This document shows, in pieces, positions 1-10,409 of a stretch of DNA of 64,000 bases; within the stretch, counting starts at the first letter, position 1; each line of letters starts with the position of its first letter. The stretch spans positions 21,577 to 85,576 of the forward strand of contig JAGWKL010000005.1 of NCBI GenBank assembly GCA_028865345.1, written 5' to 3'. Position numbers and translations under genes: made by a program. The DNA is from Candidatus Omnitrophota bacterium. Lineage in GTDB: Bacteria > Omnitrophota > Gorgyraeia > Zapsychrales > Fredricksoniimonadaceae. Below the pieces are notes generated by a model, which was given only the letters and a program-made list of their open reading frames with translations, was not told the origin of the DNA and ran no database searches.

Positions 1-1
1 A

Positions 2-502
2 ATTGATGAGGACCTGCAGCAAAAATCCCGGCGGCTTTTGGATGCCAATCCTTTGGGAAAAGTCCCGACCTTGATCCTGGATAACGGCACCGCGGTCTTC
101 GACAGCTCGGTCATTTGCCAATATCTCGACGGCCTCCATGATAAGGCCCTTATGATCCCGCGGGAATCCCTTGGGCGCATGGAGGTCTTAAAGTGGGAAG
201 CTTTTGCCGATGACCTGGTTGTGTGCGCGATCAATCTTTATATGGAAAAAGTCCGGCACCCGGATGATTTTCACAAGGACTGGACGGCGGCATTGGAGGC
301 CAATGTCCGCCGGGCTTTTGCCTTTATCGAAAGCAATCTGCACCAATTGCAGACATTCAATTTAGCGTCGGTCGCCGTGGCCTCCAGCCTCGGTTATATT
401 CATTTGCGCCTGCCTCATTTAAAGGAGCAGGGGGACGCGGCGCAATGGTTTGAAATAATTTCAAAACGTCCCAGCATGGCCCAAACCGTCCCGGTGGTCT
501 GA
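2..502 (+). CDS. Glutathione S-transferase family protein; its 5' end lies upstream of the window.
   Basis: The frame is open from position 2. The N-terminal GST thioredoxin-like motif (NPLGKVPTL) is followed by an alpha-helical C-terminal GST domain. Confidence 0.75.
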   Translation: MDEDLQQKSRRLLDANPLGKVPTLILDNGTAVFDSSVICQYLDGLHDKALMIPRESLGRMEVLKWEAFADDLVVCAINLYMEKVRHPDDFHKDWTAALEANVRRAFAFIESNLHQLQTFNLASVAVASSLGYIHLRLPHLKEQGDAAQWFEIISKRPSMAQTVPVV

Positions 503-514
503 AAGAAGGCACGC

Positions 515-1006
515 ATGCCCCGCCGCAAATTTGATGTCAGACGCCATTGCCCCGTTGAATTGCCCAACGGCCGCACCGTCCGCATCACCTTCATCAACCA
601 TCCCGGGGCCGTTCTCATAGTGCCGTTCTTAAATAAGGACTTGATCGTCATGATGCGCCAGTTCAGGCCGGCGCTTAAAAAGTACATTTACGAGCTGCCT
701 GCCGGCACTCTCGAGGCCGATGAGCCGCCGTCCACTTGTGCCCGGCGGGAATTGCTGGAAGAGACCGGATTCAAGGCCGGACGTCTGGTTAAGTTGGGGG
801 CCATTTATCCGGTGCCGGGATATTCGACGGAAGTTATCCATATTTTCAAAGCCGGGCGCCTGACTGCGGCGGGCGCCCAACCCGAGGATTATGAGGTTAT
901 CGAGCTTATTCCTATGAACAAATCCACGGTGCGCCGGCTTCTTGTTAAAGGAAAACTCATGGATGCTAAAAGTATTTGCGCTCTTGTGTTTTGCGGATGG
1001 TTGTAA
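515..1006 (+). CDS. NUDIX hydrolase (ADP-ribose pyrophosphatase-like).
   Basis: Nudix box GTLEADEPPSTCARRELLEETG (GX5EX7REUXEEXGU). Confidence 0.8.
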   Translation: MPRRKFDVRRHCPVELPNGRTVRITFINHPGAVLIVPFLNKDLIVMMRQFRPALKKYIYELPAGTLEADEPPSTCARRELLEETGFKAGRLVKLGAIYPVPGYSTEVIHIFKAGRLTAAGAQPEDYEVIELIPMNKSTVRRLLVKGKLMDAKSICALVFCGWL

Positions 1007-2229
1007 TGACGAGGCCTGTTCATTCCATCAAGCAATATGCTTTATCGTTGACCCTTTTGGGCGGCGTTGCGTTGGGCTGCCTGCTGGGGCTGGTCTTTAA
1101 AGAAAAGGCCGTTGTTTTCAAGCCCTTCGGCGATGCCTTTCTTAACCTGCTTTTTACCATTGTTGTCCCCCTGGTTTTTTTCTCCATTGCTTCGGCGGTC
1201 GCTTCGATGAACAATATCCGGCGTCTGGGACGGATCATTTTATGGATGATGCTGGTCTTTACCCTCACCGGTATCATCGCCTCCATCCTCATGCTGATCG
1301 CGGTACGGCTTTATCCGCCGGCCCTGGGCATCCCTATAGTCCTGCACGGTGGCGCCCATGTTCAGCAGCTCAACGTCTCCGACCAGATCGTCAAGGCCTT
1401 CACCGTTTCCGATTTTGCCGATCTTTTTTCCAAGAAGAACATGCTGGCCCTGATCATTTTTGCCTTGCTCATAGGTCTTAGCGCCTGCACTCTTGGAGAA
1501 AAAGCGAAAGCATTCACGTCTTTTCTGGTTTCCGGCAATGAGGTGATGATGAAAGCCATTTCCTATATCATGTGGTATGCGCCCATCGGATTAGGCGCCT
1601 ATTTTGCGTACTTGATCGGTGTCTTGGGCCCGCAACTATTGGGTGCCTATGTGCGTGCCATGACCATTTATTATCCGGTGTCCCTGGCGTATTTTTTTAT
1701 AGGTTTTTCCTGTTACGTGTTATTAGCGGCGGGAGGCAGGGGATTAAGGATTTTCTGGCCCAACATCATGCCCGCCGCCGCGACAGCCCTGGCCACCAGC
1801 AGCAGCATGGCTGTGATCCCCGTAAATTTGGAAGCGGCCGAACGCGTCGGGGTGCCCCGGGACATCCGTGAGATGGTCATCCCTATCGGCTCGACCATCC
1901 ATATGGACGGCTCCTGTCTTTCCGCTGTTCTTAAAATAGCGGTGCTTTTCGGGCTGTTCCACATGAATTTCTCGAGCCCCTGGGCCATGGCCACGGCGGT
2001 CGGTGTCGCCCTTTTAAGCGGCACGGTCATGAGCGGGATTCCAGGAGGCGGCTTCCTGGGAGAGCTGATGATCGTCACCCTTTATGGTTTTCCGGTCATG
2101 GCCATGCCCATCATATCCATGATCGGTACCCTGGTAGATCCTCCAGCCACGATGGTCAACGCTGTTGGAGACAATGTCAGCAGCATGCTGGTCGCGCGCA
2201 TTTTGGGCGGCAAAAACTGGATGTCCTAA
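1006..2229 (+). CDS. Dicarboxylate/amino-acid:cation symporter (DAACS/GltP family).
   Basis: Multi-TM protein with the family motif MVIPIGSTIHMDGS. The ATG overlaps the stop of the upstream gene (TAATG). The ORF track's longer start at 976 is probably spurious. Confidence 0.75.
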   Translation: MTRPVHSIKQYALSLTLLGGVALGCLLGLVFKEKAVVFKPFGDAFLNLLFTIVVPLVFFSIASAVASMNNIRRLGRIILWMMLVFTLTGIIASILMLIAVRLYPPALGIPIVLHGGAHVQQLNVSDQIVKAFTVSDFADLFSKKNMLALIIFALLIGLSACTLGEKAKAFTSFLVSGNEVMMKAISYIMWYAPIGLGAYFAYLIGVLGPQLLGAYVRAMTIYYPVSLAYFFIGFSCYVLLAAGGRGLRIFWPNIMPAAATALATSSSMAVIPVNLEAAERVGVPRDIREMVIPIGSTIHMDGSCLSAVLKIAVLFGLFHMNFSSPWAMATAVGVALLSGTVMSGIPGGGFLGELMIVTLYGFPVMAMPIISMIGTLVDPPATMVNAVGDNVSSMLVARILGGKNWMS

Positions 2230-2921
2230 TGAGGACCGCCGTCATGTCCCCAAGTCGGTGTCTCACAATGGTATTGTGCCTTTGCCTGCCGGCCCTGCAG
2301 GGCTGCACCGCGCTGACTCCGCCGTCGTTATTCAAGCTGGGCCCTTCAATCTCCCAAGCCGTTATTGTCCATCCCGTCGCCAAAAATTCCATCCACGCCG
2401 GATTAAGCGCCTGGCAGAAAACCCATGCCGGGCAGGGAGCGGGGAATGGAGGCTGGCGCCGCATATTCTTTGTCAGGGCTCTCATCGGTAAAAACGGCTT
2501 GGCTGATCCCGGCCGCAAGAAAGAAGGGGACGGTAAGACCCCTTGGGGGGTTTATCCTTTGGGGCCCGCGTTCGGTTATGCCCCGTCGGCAGTTACAGGA
2601 CTGCCTTACCGCCAGGCCACGGATATTGATTTTTGGGTGGATGATCCGCGTTCAATGCAATATAATCAATGGGTCAGAGGTACGCCCCGTGCCCATTCTT
2701 TTGAACGCCTCAAACGCCCGGATGACCTTTACCGGTATGGGGTCGTTATTGGGTATAATATGCACCCGGTCATTCCCGGCGCAGGGAGCGCCATTTTCAT
2801 GCATATTTGGCGGGGAGGCGACAGCCCCACTGCGGGCTGTGTGGCTTTGAGTCAAAGGAATTTGCGCAGGATCCTGCGCTGGTTAAATCAACGCGATCAA
2901 CCTGTCATTATCCTGGAGTGA
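2229..2921 (+). CDS. L,D-transpeptidase (YkuD-like) lipoprotein.
   Basis: Lipobox LPALQGC and a YkuD catalytic region (IFMHIWRGGDSPTAGCVAL, a His...Gly-Cys triad). Confidence 0.6.
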   Translation: MRTAVMSPSRCLTMVLCLCLPALQGCTALTPPSLFKLGPSISQAVIVHPVAKNSIHAGLSAWQKTHAGQGAGNGGWRRIFFVRALIGKNGLADPGRKKEGDGKTPWGVYPLGPAFGYAPSAVTGLPYRQATDIDFWVDDPRSMQYNQWVRGTPRAHSFERLKRPDDLYRYGVVIGYNMHPVIPGAGSAIFMHIWRGGDSPTAGCVALSQRNLRRILRWLNQRDQPVIILE

Positions 2922-2925
2922 ATCG

Positions 2926-3201
2926 ATGACCAATGCACAAATGATCAACACAGTCTTAAGCACGTACGGGCTTTCCAATTTTATGGGCCCGGGCGGTTTT
3001 AATTGGTGGAACATTATCTGGGGGTCCATTTTCGGCCTGATCGGCTGGCTGGCTTTCTCACATGGTAAAAAAGAAAGGAGCTTCAGGCCGATGGTGATAG
3101 GCATTGTGATGATGGTTTACACGTTTTTTGTGGCCAATACATGGCTGGTCTTTCTCATCGGCTTAGGACTGACCGCCGCGCTGTATTTTTGGAGAGAATA
3201 A
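2926..3201 (+). CDS. Small hypothetical membrane protein (91 aa, 2-3 TM).
   Basis: The ORF has hydrophobic helices and fits tightly between flanking genes. Confidence 0.4.
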   Translation: MTNAQMINTVLSTYGLSNFMGPGGFNWWNIIWGSIFGLIGWLAFSHGKKERSFRPMVIGIVMMVYTFFVANTWLVFLIGLGLTAALYFWRE

Positions 3202-3203
3202 CT

Positions 3204-3863
3204 ATGAGCCCGAAAATTTTACGATTTGCCGTTATATTAGGCGGCTGCGGCAATAAAGATGGCGCTGAAATCCATGAATCCGTCCTGACGCTTCTTAGTA
3301 TCGACCGCCATGGCCATCGGTACCAATGTTTTGCGCCCGACGTGCCGCAGGCCCGTGTCCTGAATTTTTTGACCAACGAACCCATGAATGAAAAACGCAA
3401 TGTGCTTCTTGAGGCGGCCCGCATTGCGCGCAGTAAAATCAAACCCCTGTCCGATTTTGCCCAAAAGGACTTTGACATCCTGGTCCTGCCTGGCGGCAGC
3501 GGGGTGGCGTATAATCTTTGCACTTTTGCCGTTGATGGTGATAAAATGACGGTTTTACCGCAGGTGGAATCGGCCCTGCGGGCCATGCATGCTGCGGCCA
3601 AGCCCATCGGGGCCTGGTGCATTGCGCCGGTCATCATTGCCCATGTCTTGAAAAAGGTCACGGTGACCTTCGGCCGGGACGAGAAGACCGCCGCGGTCTT
3701 TCGGAAATCGGGCGCGACAACCGTCAATACTGATGCCCGGGGGCTTGCGGTCGACCACGACAATAAGGTCGTGACCACCCCGTGTTATATGCTCGATGCC
3801 CGCATCAGCGAGGTGGCGGAAGGCATAGATAAAGGCATTCAACAACTGATCAAAATGGTGTGA
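3204..3863 (+). CDS. elbB: Isoprenoid biosynthesis protein ElbB (DJ-1/PfpI class-I glutamine amidotransferase-like).
   Basis: N-terminus MSPKILRFAVILGGCGNKDGAEIHE is typical of ElbB. The ATG at 3204 follows the stop of the upstream gene. The ORF track's 3141 start is unlikely. Confidence 0.7.
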   Translation: MSPKILRFAVILGGCGNKDGAEIHESVLTLLSIDRHGHRYQCFAPDVPQARVLNFLTNEPMNEKRNVLLEAARIARSKIKPLSDFAQKDFDILVLPGGSGVAYNLCTFAVDGDKMTVLPQVESALRAMHAAAKPIGAWCIAPVIIAHVLKKVTVTFGRDEKTAAVFRKSGATTVNTDARGLAVDHDNKVVTTPCYMLDARISEVAEGIDKGIQQLIKMV

Positions 3864-3867
3864 ATTT

Positions 3868-4548
3868 ATGCGTATCCTTGTCATCGAAGATGAAGTCAAA
3901 ATCGCCCAGTTCATCAAGCGCGGCCTTAAAGAGGAGGGCTACGCCGTTGATGTGGCCAATGACGGCGAAGAAGGCCATTTCATGCTGGCTTCCAATGAAT
4001 ATGATGCCCTTGTTCTCGACTTGATGTTGCCCAAGATGGACGGCCTGGCGCTGTGCCGCCAGCTGCGCAAAGACGGCAATCAGATCCCTATCATCATGCT
4101 GACCGCCAAGGACACGGTCAAGGACAAGGTCAAGGGCCTGGACACCGGCGCGGACGATTATCTCCCTAAGCCTTTTGCCTTTGAGGAGCTGTTGGCGCGT
4201 GTGCGCGTATTGTTACGCAAAAAGGACAGCCGCGTGCAGACGCAGTTGAGGGTGGACGATCTTTGCCTGGATTTGTTGACCCACAAGGTGACAAGGTCCG
4301 ACCGCGATATCGATCTTACGTCCAAAGAATTCGCCTTGCTGGAATATTTGATGCGCAATGCCGGCAACATCGTCACCCGCACCATGATATCCGAGCACGT
4401 ATGGGATATTAATTTCGATACCTTCACCAATGTCATCGACGTCTATATCAATTATCTGCGTAATAAGATCGACAGCGGTTTTGAGAACAAAATGATCCAT
4501 ACCGTGCGGGGCAAAGGATACCTTCTCAAGAAGGGTGCAACACCTTAA
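3868..4548 (+). CDS. OmpR-family two-component response regulator (CusR/CopR-like).
   Basis: Receiver domain (DEVKIAQFI...DLMLPKMDG...LTAKD) followed by a winged-helix output domain. Confidence 0.9.
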   Translation: MRILVIEDEVKIAQFIKRGLKEEGYAVDVANDGEEGHFMLASNEYDALVLDLMLPKMDGLALCRQLRKDGNQIPIIMLTAKDTVKDKVKGLDTGADDYLPKPFAFEELLARVRVLLRKKDSRVQTQLRVDDLCLDLLTHKVTRSDRDIDLTSKEFALLEYLMRNAGNIVTRTMISEHVWDINFDTFTNVIDVYINYLRNKIDSGFENKMIHTVRGKGYLLKKGATP

Positions 4549-4553
4549 AGAAC

Positions 4554-6038
4554 ATGCCTTTCCATTCCATCCGCTTCAAGATCGTCCTGTGGCACATGCT
4601 GATCCTGTCCCTGGCCCTGTTCATTTTCGGGACGGTGCTCTATCACAATTTTTACCTGAAGGCCTCCGATGATACCGATGACATTTTGCGTTCCCGCGCC
4701 AAAGGTTTTGAACAGTCCATCAATACCTATTGGGAAGCCGAGAGCATGGCCATTGCCCAGGGAAACAGGAGGGTTCATTTTACCAAAGAAGATAATATCA
4801 ATTTTATAAGGCTGGCCAGGCGCTGGGTGGAGGAGAAGATCAATGACCCGGATTTAATCAATATAGTCGTGCGCATTTTCGATGCCCACGGAAATCCCAT
4901 TGCCTCTTCCAGGAATATCCCCATCGCGCACCTGAATGAGAGCATTTTTCACAACGTTAAGAAAGGCGCAGACCATTTTGAGAATGTTTTTCTGATGGAA
5001 GATGAGAAACCGTCCTCTTTCAGGACCCTCACCACTCCTGTCATGGAAGGCCGAAGGCTGGCCTACATCGTGCAGGTGGCCAGCCCCTTGTCCCAAATCC
5101 ATACCGTGCTTCGGAGTTTGCGCCTTTCTTTGCTTGTGTTGTTGCCCCTGACGGTCATCCTGACAGGATTGAGCGGCGTTTTTCTCGTCCAGCTGACGCT
5201 CAAGCCCGTTGACCAGATGATCGAGACCATCCACCAGATCAGGGCCGAAAATTTAAAGCTGCGGCTCAAGATCCCGGGCACCCGCGATGAAATAGAGTCC
5301 CTGGCCAGGACCTTTAACGAAATGATCGCCCGCCTGGATGAGGCCTTCACCACCCAGCGGCAATTCATGGAAGACATTTCCCATGAGCTTAAAACGCCTT
5401 TGGCGGTGCTTAAGGGAGAGCTGGAAGTCACGCTGAAAAAGATCCGGTCGACCCAGGAATACGAGACCGCCATGCACAGCATTCTCGAGGAGGTCGACCG
5501 CCTGGCGGGGATCGTGGGCAACCTTTTGACCCTGGCGAGGTTTGACGCGAAAACCACGGAGCTTGACGCGCAGCCGCTCGACCTCAACGCTTTGATCAAA
5601 GACGCGATAGAGGTCATGCAGGTGCTGGCCATCCAGAAAGACATAACGCTTCAATTCAACAGCGCCCATACGGTCGATATCACCGCCGACAAAAACCATC
5701 TCAGGCGGCTTATCTTGAATCTCCTGGACAATGCCATTAAATACACGCCGCCGGGAGGCAAGGTCTCCGTCGATCTCCGCCAACAGAAAGAAACGGTGGA
5801 CCTGGACATCGCGGACACCGGCGTTGGGATCCTTCCCAAAGACCTGCCCCATATTTTTGACCGTTTTTACAGGATCGACAAATCCCGCAGAAGCGCCGGC
5901 TTCGGGCTGGGCTTGAGCATCGCCCAGTCCATTGCCCTGGCGCATGGAGGGAAAATCGAGGCCAGGGCCAATGATCCCCAGGGAACGGTTTTTACCGTTT
6001 CTTTGCCGTTAAAGCCAAAACAGGTTATAGAATTTTAA
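4554..6038 (+). CDS. Sensor histidine kinase (two TM segments, periplasmic domain, HAMP, HisKA, HATPase).
   Basis: H-box EDISHELKTPL plus the N-box and G-box (NLLDNAIKYT, GLGLSIAQ). It sits 6 nt downstream of the regulator. Confidence 0.9.
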   Translation: MPFHSIRFKIVLWHMLILSLALFIFGTVLYHNFYLKASDDTDDILRSRAKGFEQSINTYWEAESMAIAQGNRRVHFTKEDNINFIRLARRWVEEKINDPDLINIVVRIFDAHGNPIASSRNIPIAHLNESIFHNVKKGADHFENVFLMEDEKPSSFRTLTTPVMEGRRLAYIVQVASPLSQIHTVLRSLRLSLLVLLPLTVILTGLSGVFLVQLTLKPVDQMIETIHQIRAENLKLRLKIPGTRDEIESLARTFNEMIARLDEAFTTQRQFMEDISHELKTPLAVLKGELEVTLKKIRSTQEYETAMHSILEEVDRLAGIVGNLLTLARFDAKTTELDAQPLDLNALIKDAIEVMQVLAIQKDITLQFNSAHTVDITADKNHLRRLILNLLDNAIKYTPPGGKVSVDLRQQKETVDLDIADTGVGILPKDLPHIFDRFYRIDKSRRSAGFGLGLSIAQSIALAHGGKIEARANDPQGTVFTVSLPLKPKQVIEF

Positions 6039-6119
6039 TTTTATTCTAATCGTTATCTAATCTCAGGTTGCCTAAACTAAAACACGCAAAAAATGACAGC
6101 GCATCAAAAGGGTTCTTCA

Positions 6120-6479
6120 ATGAAGTCCGTTATTTTCATAGCTTTATTGATTTTACCGTCAATGCGTATGGCCTGGGCCTGGGGCGATGATCCTGTCATG
6201 GCCGCGACCATTGTCGAAAGTACGCATACGATTTCAGGCGGGATAGTCAAGTCTGTTTCCCGGGCCGATCCGGCCAAGGGGACAAAATCCGAGATTGTGG
6301 TGACGGATTCCCGGAGAAAATCGATCCATGTCGTCATCACGCCCACCACCACTCTTTGGGACTCGGATGACAAGGCCATTATGCCGGATAAAATAACCGC
6401 CCGCGCCCGCGTGAATGTCATTTATGTCTCCACCCCTGAAGGCATCAACATAGGCCAATCCGTCAAAATCCTCAAGTAG
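6120..6479 (+). CDS. Small secreted hypothetical protein (signal peptide).
   Basis: N-terminal [20 protein letters not shown] is a signal peptide. The gene lies downstream of the two-component pair. The start could be at either 6093 or 6120. Confidence 0.45.
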   Translation: MKSVIFIALLILPSMRMAWAWGDDPVMAATIVESTHTISGGIVKSVSRADPAKGTKSEIVVTDSRRKSIHVVITPTTTLWDSDDKAIMPDKITARARVNVIYVSTPEGINIGQSVKILK

Positions 6480-6496
6480 CGCATTTTGGGCATTTA

Positions 6497-6525
6497 TTGA
6501 CATCCCGGATACCTTTCTATATAAT
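6497..6525 (+). promoter_or_regulatory. Sigma-70 consensus promoter TTGACA-N17-TATAAT upstream of leuC.
   Basis: TTGACA at 6497-6502, a 17-nt spacer, and TATAAT at 6520-6525. The SD AAGAGGA precedes the leuC ATG. Confidence 0.6.
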
Positions 6526-6549
6526 CAAAACTTCAATCGAAGAGGATTT

Positions 6550-7959
6550 ATGGGCCAAACAATGTTCGACAAAATATGGCAGGACCATCTGGTGCGGGAA
6601 TCCCAGGGCGATACTTCTTTAATATATATTGATCTGCATCTGGTGCATGAGGTGACAAGCCCTCAGGCTTTTGCGGCGTTAAGGGAAAATAAAAGGGCCG
6701 TGCGCTGCCCCGGGAAAACCGTGGCGACCATGGACCACAATGTGTCCACGCGCACCAAGGACATTTCCCAAGTAGAAATGACTTCCCGTACTCAAATGGA
6801 GGCCTTGTCCAAGAATGCCAAAGATTTTGGCATTAAATTGTATGATTTTGCAGACAAGGACCAGGGGATCGTGCATGTCATCGGCCCGGAGCAGGGGCTG
6901 ACCTTGCCCGGCATGACCATTGTGTGCGGCGATTCCCATACCGCCACCCACGGGGCCTTCGGAAGCCTGGCTTTCGGTATCGGCACTTCGGAGGTGGAGC
7001 ATGTCCTGGCCACCCAGACCCTGCAACAGAACAAGCCCAAGACCATGCTCATCAATATCGACGGGAAATTAGGTCAAGGGGTGGTGTCCAAGGACATTAT
7101 TTTGTATATCATAGGCCTTATCGGGACAGCCGGAGGCACGGGGTATGTCATCGAGTACGCCGGTTCAGCGATACGGGAGCTGTCCATGGAAGCCCGCATG
7201 ACCATGTGCAACATGTCCATTGAAGCCGGCGCACGCGCGGGCATGATCGCGCCTGATGAGACGACTTTTAATTATATCAATGGCCGCGACTTTGCCCCTA
7301 AAGGCGCTGATTGGCCCAAGGCCGTCTCTTACTGGAAAGCCCTGGCCTCTGACAAAGACGCCGCATTTGATAAGGTCATAAATATTAAAGCCGAGCACAT
7401 CAAGCCCATGGTCACCTGGGGGACGTCCCCGGGACAGGTCACTTCTGTAGATGGAGTTGTTCCTGACCCCGAGTCCATGAAGGACCCTGTGGAGCGTGCC
7501 GCCGCCAGGAATGCCCTGGTTTACATGGATTTGAAACCGGGCACTAAAATGACGGACATCAAAATTGACAAGGTTTTTATAGGCTCCTGCACCAATGGCC
7601 GCATCGAGGACCTGCGCGCCGCCGCCCAGATCGTTTTGGGCAGGAGGGTGGCGCCGGGTGTTGAGGCTATGGTGGTGCCCGGTTCAGGCCGGGTGCGGCT
7701 TCAGGCCCAAAAAGAAGGCTTGGATAAAATATTTACAGATGCCGGACTGGAATGGCGCTTTGCCGGCTGTTCCATGTGTTTGGGTATGAATGACGACCAG
7801 TTAAAAAAAGGCGAACGCTGCGCTTCCTGCAGCAACCGCAATTTCGAGGGACGGCAGGGTCCCGGCGGACGTACGCATTTGATGAGCCCGCAAATGGCGG
7901 CCCTCGCCGCTTTGGAAGGCAAGATCACGGATATCAGAATACCAAGGCCTACGCCTTAA
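6550..7959 (+). CDS. leuC: 3-isopropylmalate dehydratase large subunit.
   Basis: Aconitase-family fold with Cys ligands ([15 protein letters not shown]) and clear LeuC similarity. Confidence 0.93.
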   Translation: MGQTMFDKIWQDHLVRESQGDTSLIYIDLHLVHEVTSPQAFAALRENKRAVRCPGKTVATMDHNVSTRTKDISQVEMTSRTQMEALSKNAKDFGIKLYDFADKDQGIVHVIGPEQGLTLPGMTIVCGDSHTATHGAFGSLAFGIGTSEVEHVLATQTLQQNKPKTMLINIDGKLGQGVVSKDIILYIIGLIGTAGGTGYVIEYAGSAIRELSMEARMTMCNMSIEAGARAGMIAPDETTFNYINGRDFAPKGADWPKAVSYWKALASDKDAAFDKVINIKAEHIKPMVTWGTSPGQVTSVDGVVPDPESMKDPVERAAARNALVYMDLKPGTKMTDIKIDKVFIGSCTNGRIEDLRAAAQIVLGRRVAPGVEAMVVPGSGRVRLQAQKEGLDKIFTDAGLEWRFAGCSMCLGMNDDQLKKGERCASCSNRNFEGRQGPGGRTHLMSPQMAALAALEGKITDIRIPRPTP

Positions 7960-7993
7960 AGTAACCATTGGCCCAAGAAAGGAACAGGGAACC

Positions 7994-8611
7994 TTGCAAC
8001 CGTTTAAGACCCATACAGGTGTCGCGGCCCCCTTGGACCGCGTCAACGTCGACACCGACGCCATCATCCCTAAGCAATTTTTGAGGAAGATCGAAAAGGC
8101 CGGTTTCGGCAGGCATCTTTTCCATGAATGGCGCTATAGCGACTATGAAGGCACCAAGGAGAACCCGGATTTCGTTTTAAATCAAGGGCCCTTTCGCAAA
8201 GCCACGGTGCTTTTGGCCAGGGACAATTTCGGCTGCGGTTCCAGCCGCGAGCATGCGCCCTGGGCGTTGGCCGATTTCGGGTTTAAAGTGATCATCGCTC
8301 CGTCTTTCGCGGATATTTTTTATAACAATTGCGTCAAGAACGGCATTTTGCTGGCGCGCTTGAAATCCCAGGAAGTTGATGAGATATTTGCCTTTGCCGC
8401 GAAAAACGAGGGGGGCGCGGTCAGCGCGGATCTGCCGTCCCAGACCGTCACGGCAGGAGGCAGGGTTTACAAATTTCCCATGGATGCCTTTAATAAGGAA
8501 TGCCTGCTCAAAGGCCTGGACGCTATCGGCTGGACAATGCAATTCAAGGACAATATCTCGGACTACGAAAATAAAATGAAATCCGAGCGTCCGTGGATCT
8601 CGAGGGTTTAA
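7994..8611 (+). CDS. leuD: 3-isopropylmalate dehydratase small subunit.
   Basis: N-terminus [26 protein letters not shown] is the LeuD signature. The start is TTG. Confidence 0.9.
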   Translation: MQPFKTHTGVAAPLDRVNVDTDAIIPKQFLRKIEKAGFGRHLFHEWRYSDYEGTKENPDFVLNQGPFRKATVLLARDNFGCGSSREHAPWALADFGFKVIIAPSFADIFYNNCVKNGILLARLKSQEVDEIFAFAAKNEGGAVSADLPSQTVTAGGRVYKFPMDAFNKECLLKGLDAIGWTMQFKDNISDYENKMKSERPWISRV

Positions 8612-8613
8612 AA

Positions 8614-10290
8614 ATGTCTGATATCAGAAAGTTCTCCCGTTTGGTTGTCGACGGCAATGACCGCGCACCCAACCGGTCCATGCTGCGCGCCACCGGGTTC
8701 AAGGATGAGGATTTTGGCAAAGCCCAAATCGGCGTGGTTTCCACCTGGAGCATGCTCACCCCCTGCAACATGCACATTGATAAATTGGCCGCCAAGGCGG
8801 TGGAGGGGGTTGACGCCGCCGGCGGCAAGGGCATCATTTTCGGCACCATCACCGTGGCCGACGGCATTTCCATGGGCACCGAGGGCATGAAGTATTCCCT
8901 GGTTTCCCGCGAGGTGATCGCGGATTCCGTGGAAACGGTCGCCGGATGCGAAGGCTTCGACGGGCTGGTGGCCGTGGGCGGCTGCGACAAGAACATGCCC
9001 GGTTGTGTGATCGCCATGGCCCGCCTGAACCGTCCGTCGGTGTTTGTTTATGGCGGCACCATTTTGCCCGGCTGCCTGCATGGACAGAACCTGGACATCG
9101 TTTCCGTATTTGAAGCGGTTGGCAAACATGCCGCCCGGAAAATTTCCGACCAGGAATTAAAAGATATCGAAAGCTGCGCCATACCGGGTCCCGGTTCATG
9201 CGGGGGGATGTACACGGCCAATACCATGGCCAGCGCCATCGAGGCTCTGGGCATGAGTCTTCCCAACAGCTCCATGCAAATTGCCGTGTCCCGGGAGAAA
9301 CAATTGGATTGTTTTAATGCCGGCGCCGCCGTCCTGGATTTATTGAAACGGAATCTCAGGCCCCGCGACATCATGACCAAAAAAGCTTTTGAAAATGCCA
9401 TTTGCGTGGTCACCGCCTTGGGCGGATCGACGAATGCCGTTTTGCATCTCATGGCCATTGCCCATGCGGCAGGCGTCAAATTAAACCTCGATGATTTCAC
9501 CCGCGTGAGCAAAAAAGTTCCGGTGTTGGCCGACCTTAAGCCCAGCGGCCGTTTTGTAACGGCGGAATTGGCGGCCATCGGCGGGCTTTTGCCGTTGATG
9601 AAAATGCTTTTGGACAAAGGCCTGTTGCACGGCGAGTGCATGACCGTGACAGGAAAAACCATGCGTGCCAATTTAGCTGATGTCAAACCATACCCCGCGG
9701 GCCAAGAGATCATCAGGCCGTTGGATAACCCCATTAAGAAGGAAGGCCATCTGGTCATTTTATATGGTAATCTTGCTCCTGAGGGTTCGGTAGCCAAGAT
9801 CACCGGCAAGGAAGGGTTGTCTTTCAGCGGGCGGGCCAAGGTTTTTGATTCGGAAGAAAAGGCGCTCAAAGCCATATTAGGCGGCAAAATTGTCAAGGGG
9901 GATGTGGTAGTGGTCCGCTATGAAGGCCCCCGCGGCGGTCCCGGCATGCGCGAGATGCTTTCTCCCACATCGGCCATTGCGGGCCGGGGACTCGGCAAGG
10001 ATGTCGCCTTGATCACCGACGGGCGGTTTTCCGGAGGTTCACACGGTTTTGTGGTAGGGCACATCACGCCCGAGGCTTTTAACGGCGGGCTTTTGGGTAT
10101 CGTCAAAAACGGCGATACCATCACCATTGACGCCGTCAAAAGGCAGATCGATCTTCTCCTCCCTGCGGCGGAAATCAAGAAGCGCCAAAAAGCCTGGGAA
10201 GCGCCAAAACCAAAATATACCCGCGGTGTCTTGGCCAAGTACGCTAAATTGGTCACCAGCGCCTCCAGTGGTGCAGTGACGGACAAATAA
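8614..10290 (+). CDS. ilvD: Dihydroxy-acid dehydratase.
   Basis: Matches the IlvD/Edd family throughout (CDKNMPG, SGGSHG). The ATG at 8614 comes straight after the leuD stop. Confidence 0.93.
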   Translation: MSDIRKFSRLVVDGNDRAPNRSMLRATGFKDEDFGKAQIGVVSTWSMLTPCNMHIDKLAAKAVEGVDAAGGKGIIFGTITVADGISMGTEGMKYSLVSREVIADSVETVAGCEGFDGLVAVGGCDKNMPGCVIAMARLNRPSVFVYGGTILPGCLHGQNLDIVSVFEAVGKHAARKISDQELKDIESCAIPGPGSCGGMYTANTMASAIEALGMSLPNSSMQIAVSREKQLDCFNAGAAVLDLLKRNLRPRDIMTKKAFENAICVVTALGGSTNAVLHLMAIAHAAGVKLNLDDFTRVSKKVPVLADLKPSGRFVTAELAAIGGLLPLMKMLLDKGLLHGECMTVTGKTMRANLADVKPYPAGQEIIRPLDNPIKKEGHLVILYGNLAPEGSVAKITGKEGLSFSGRAKVFDSEEKALKAILGGKIVKGDVVVVRYEGPRGGPGMREMLSPTSAIAGRGLGKDVALITDGRFSGGSHGFVVGHITPEAFNGGLLGIVKNGDTITIDAVKRQIDLLLPAAEIKKRQKAWEAPKPKYTRGVLAKYAKLVTSASSGAVTDK

Positions 10291-10293
10291 CTT

Positions 10294-10407
10294 ATGGCAG
10301 GCAATTCTTTCGGACAGTTTTTTAAGATCACCACCTTCGGCGAAAGCCACGGGCCCGCGATTGGGGGCGTCAAAAGGCCCAATTGCTTCGACGTCGAAAG
10401 AGGTTAA
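10294..10407 (+). other. Upstream ORF (37 aa) that duplicates the first 24 codons of aroC and ends in a conserved linker.
   Basis: Translation is [37 protein letters not shown]. The ATG lies 3 nt after the ilvD stop. The TAA overlaps the aroC RBS 2 nt before the aroC ATG. Confidence 0.5.
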
Positions 10408-10409
10408 TT

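Noticed and set aside
3141-3863. The ORF-track start at 3141 for the ElbB gene is too early. The same kind of extension occurs at 976 (symporter), 10383 (aroC), 31553 (sufU), 31857 (moaA), 52589 (argC), 56804 (argF), 58991 and 61053 (lysA).
   Set aside because: The extended N-termini overlap upstream genes, start at TTG-type codons counted as Met, and lack homology. In-frame ATGs with SDs that sit at or overlap the upstream stop fit the family N-termini.
9048-9896. A 282-aa ORF on the - strand lies inside ilvD. Similar long antisense ORFs include 5253-5945, 11640-12440, 12975-13700, 13658-14335, 14918-15730, 20089-20829, 25389-26339, 26650-27597, 36381-37325, 55266-56246 and 62612-63202.
   Set aside because: Each lies antisense to a gene with unambiguous family signatures on the other strand. 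Their proteins are low-complexity and Arg/Gly/Pro-rich with no motifs. Long antisense ORFs are expected in ~55% GC coding DNA.
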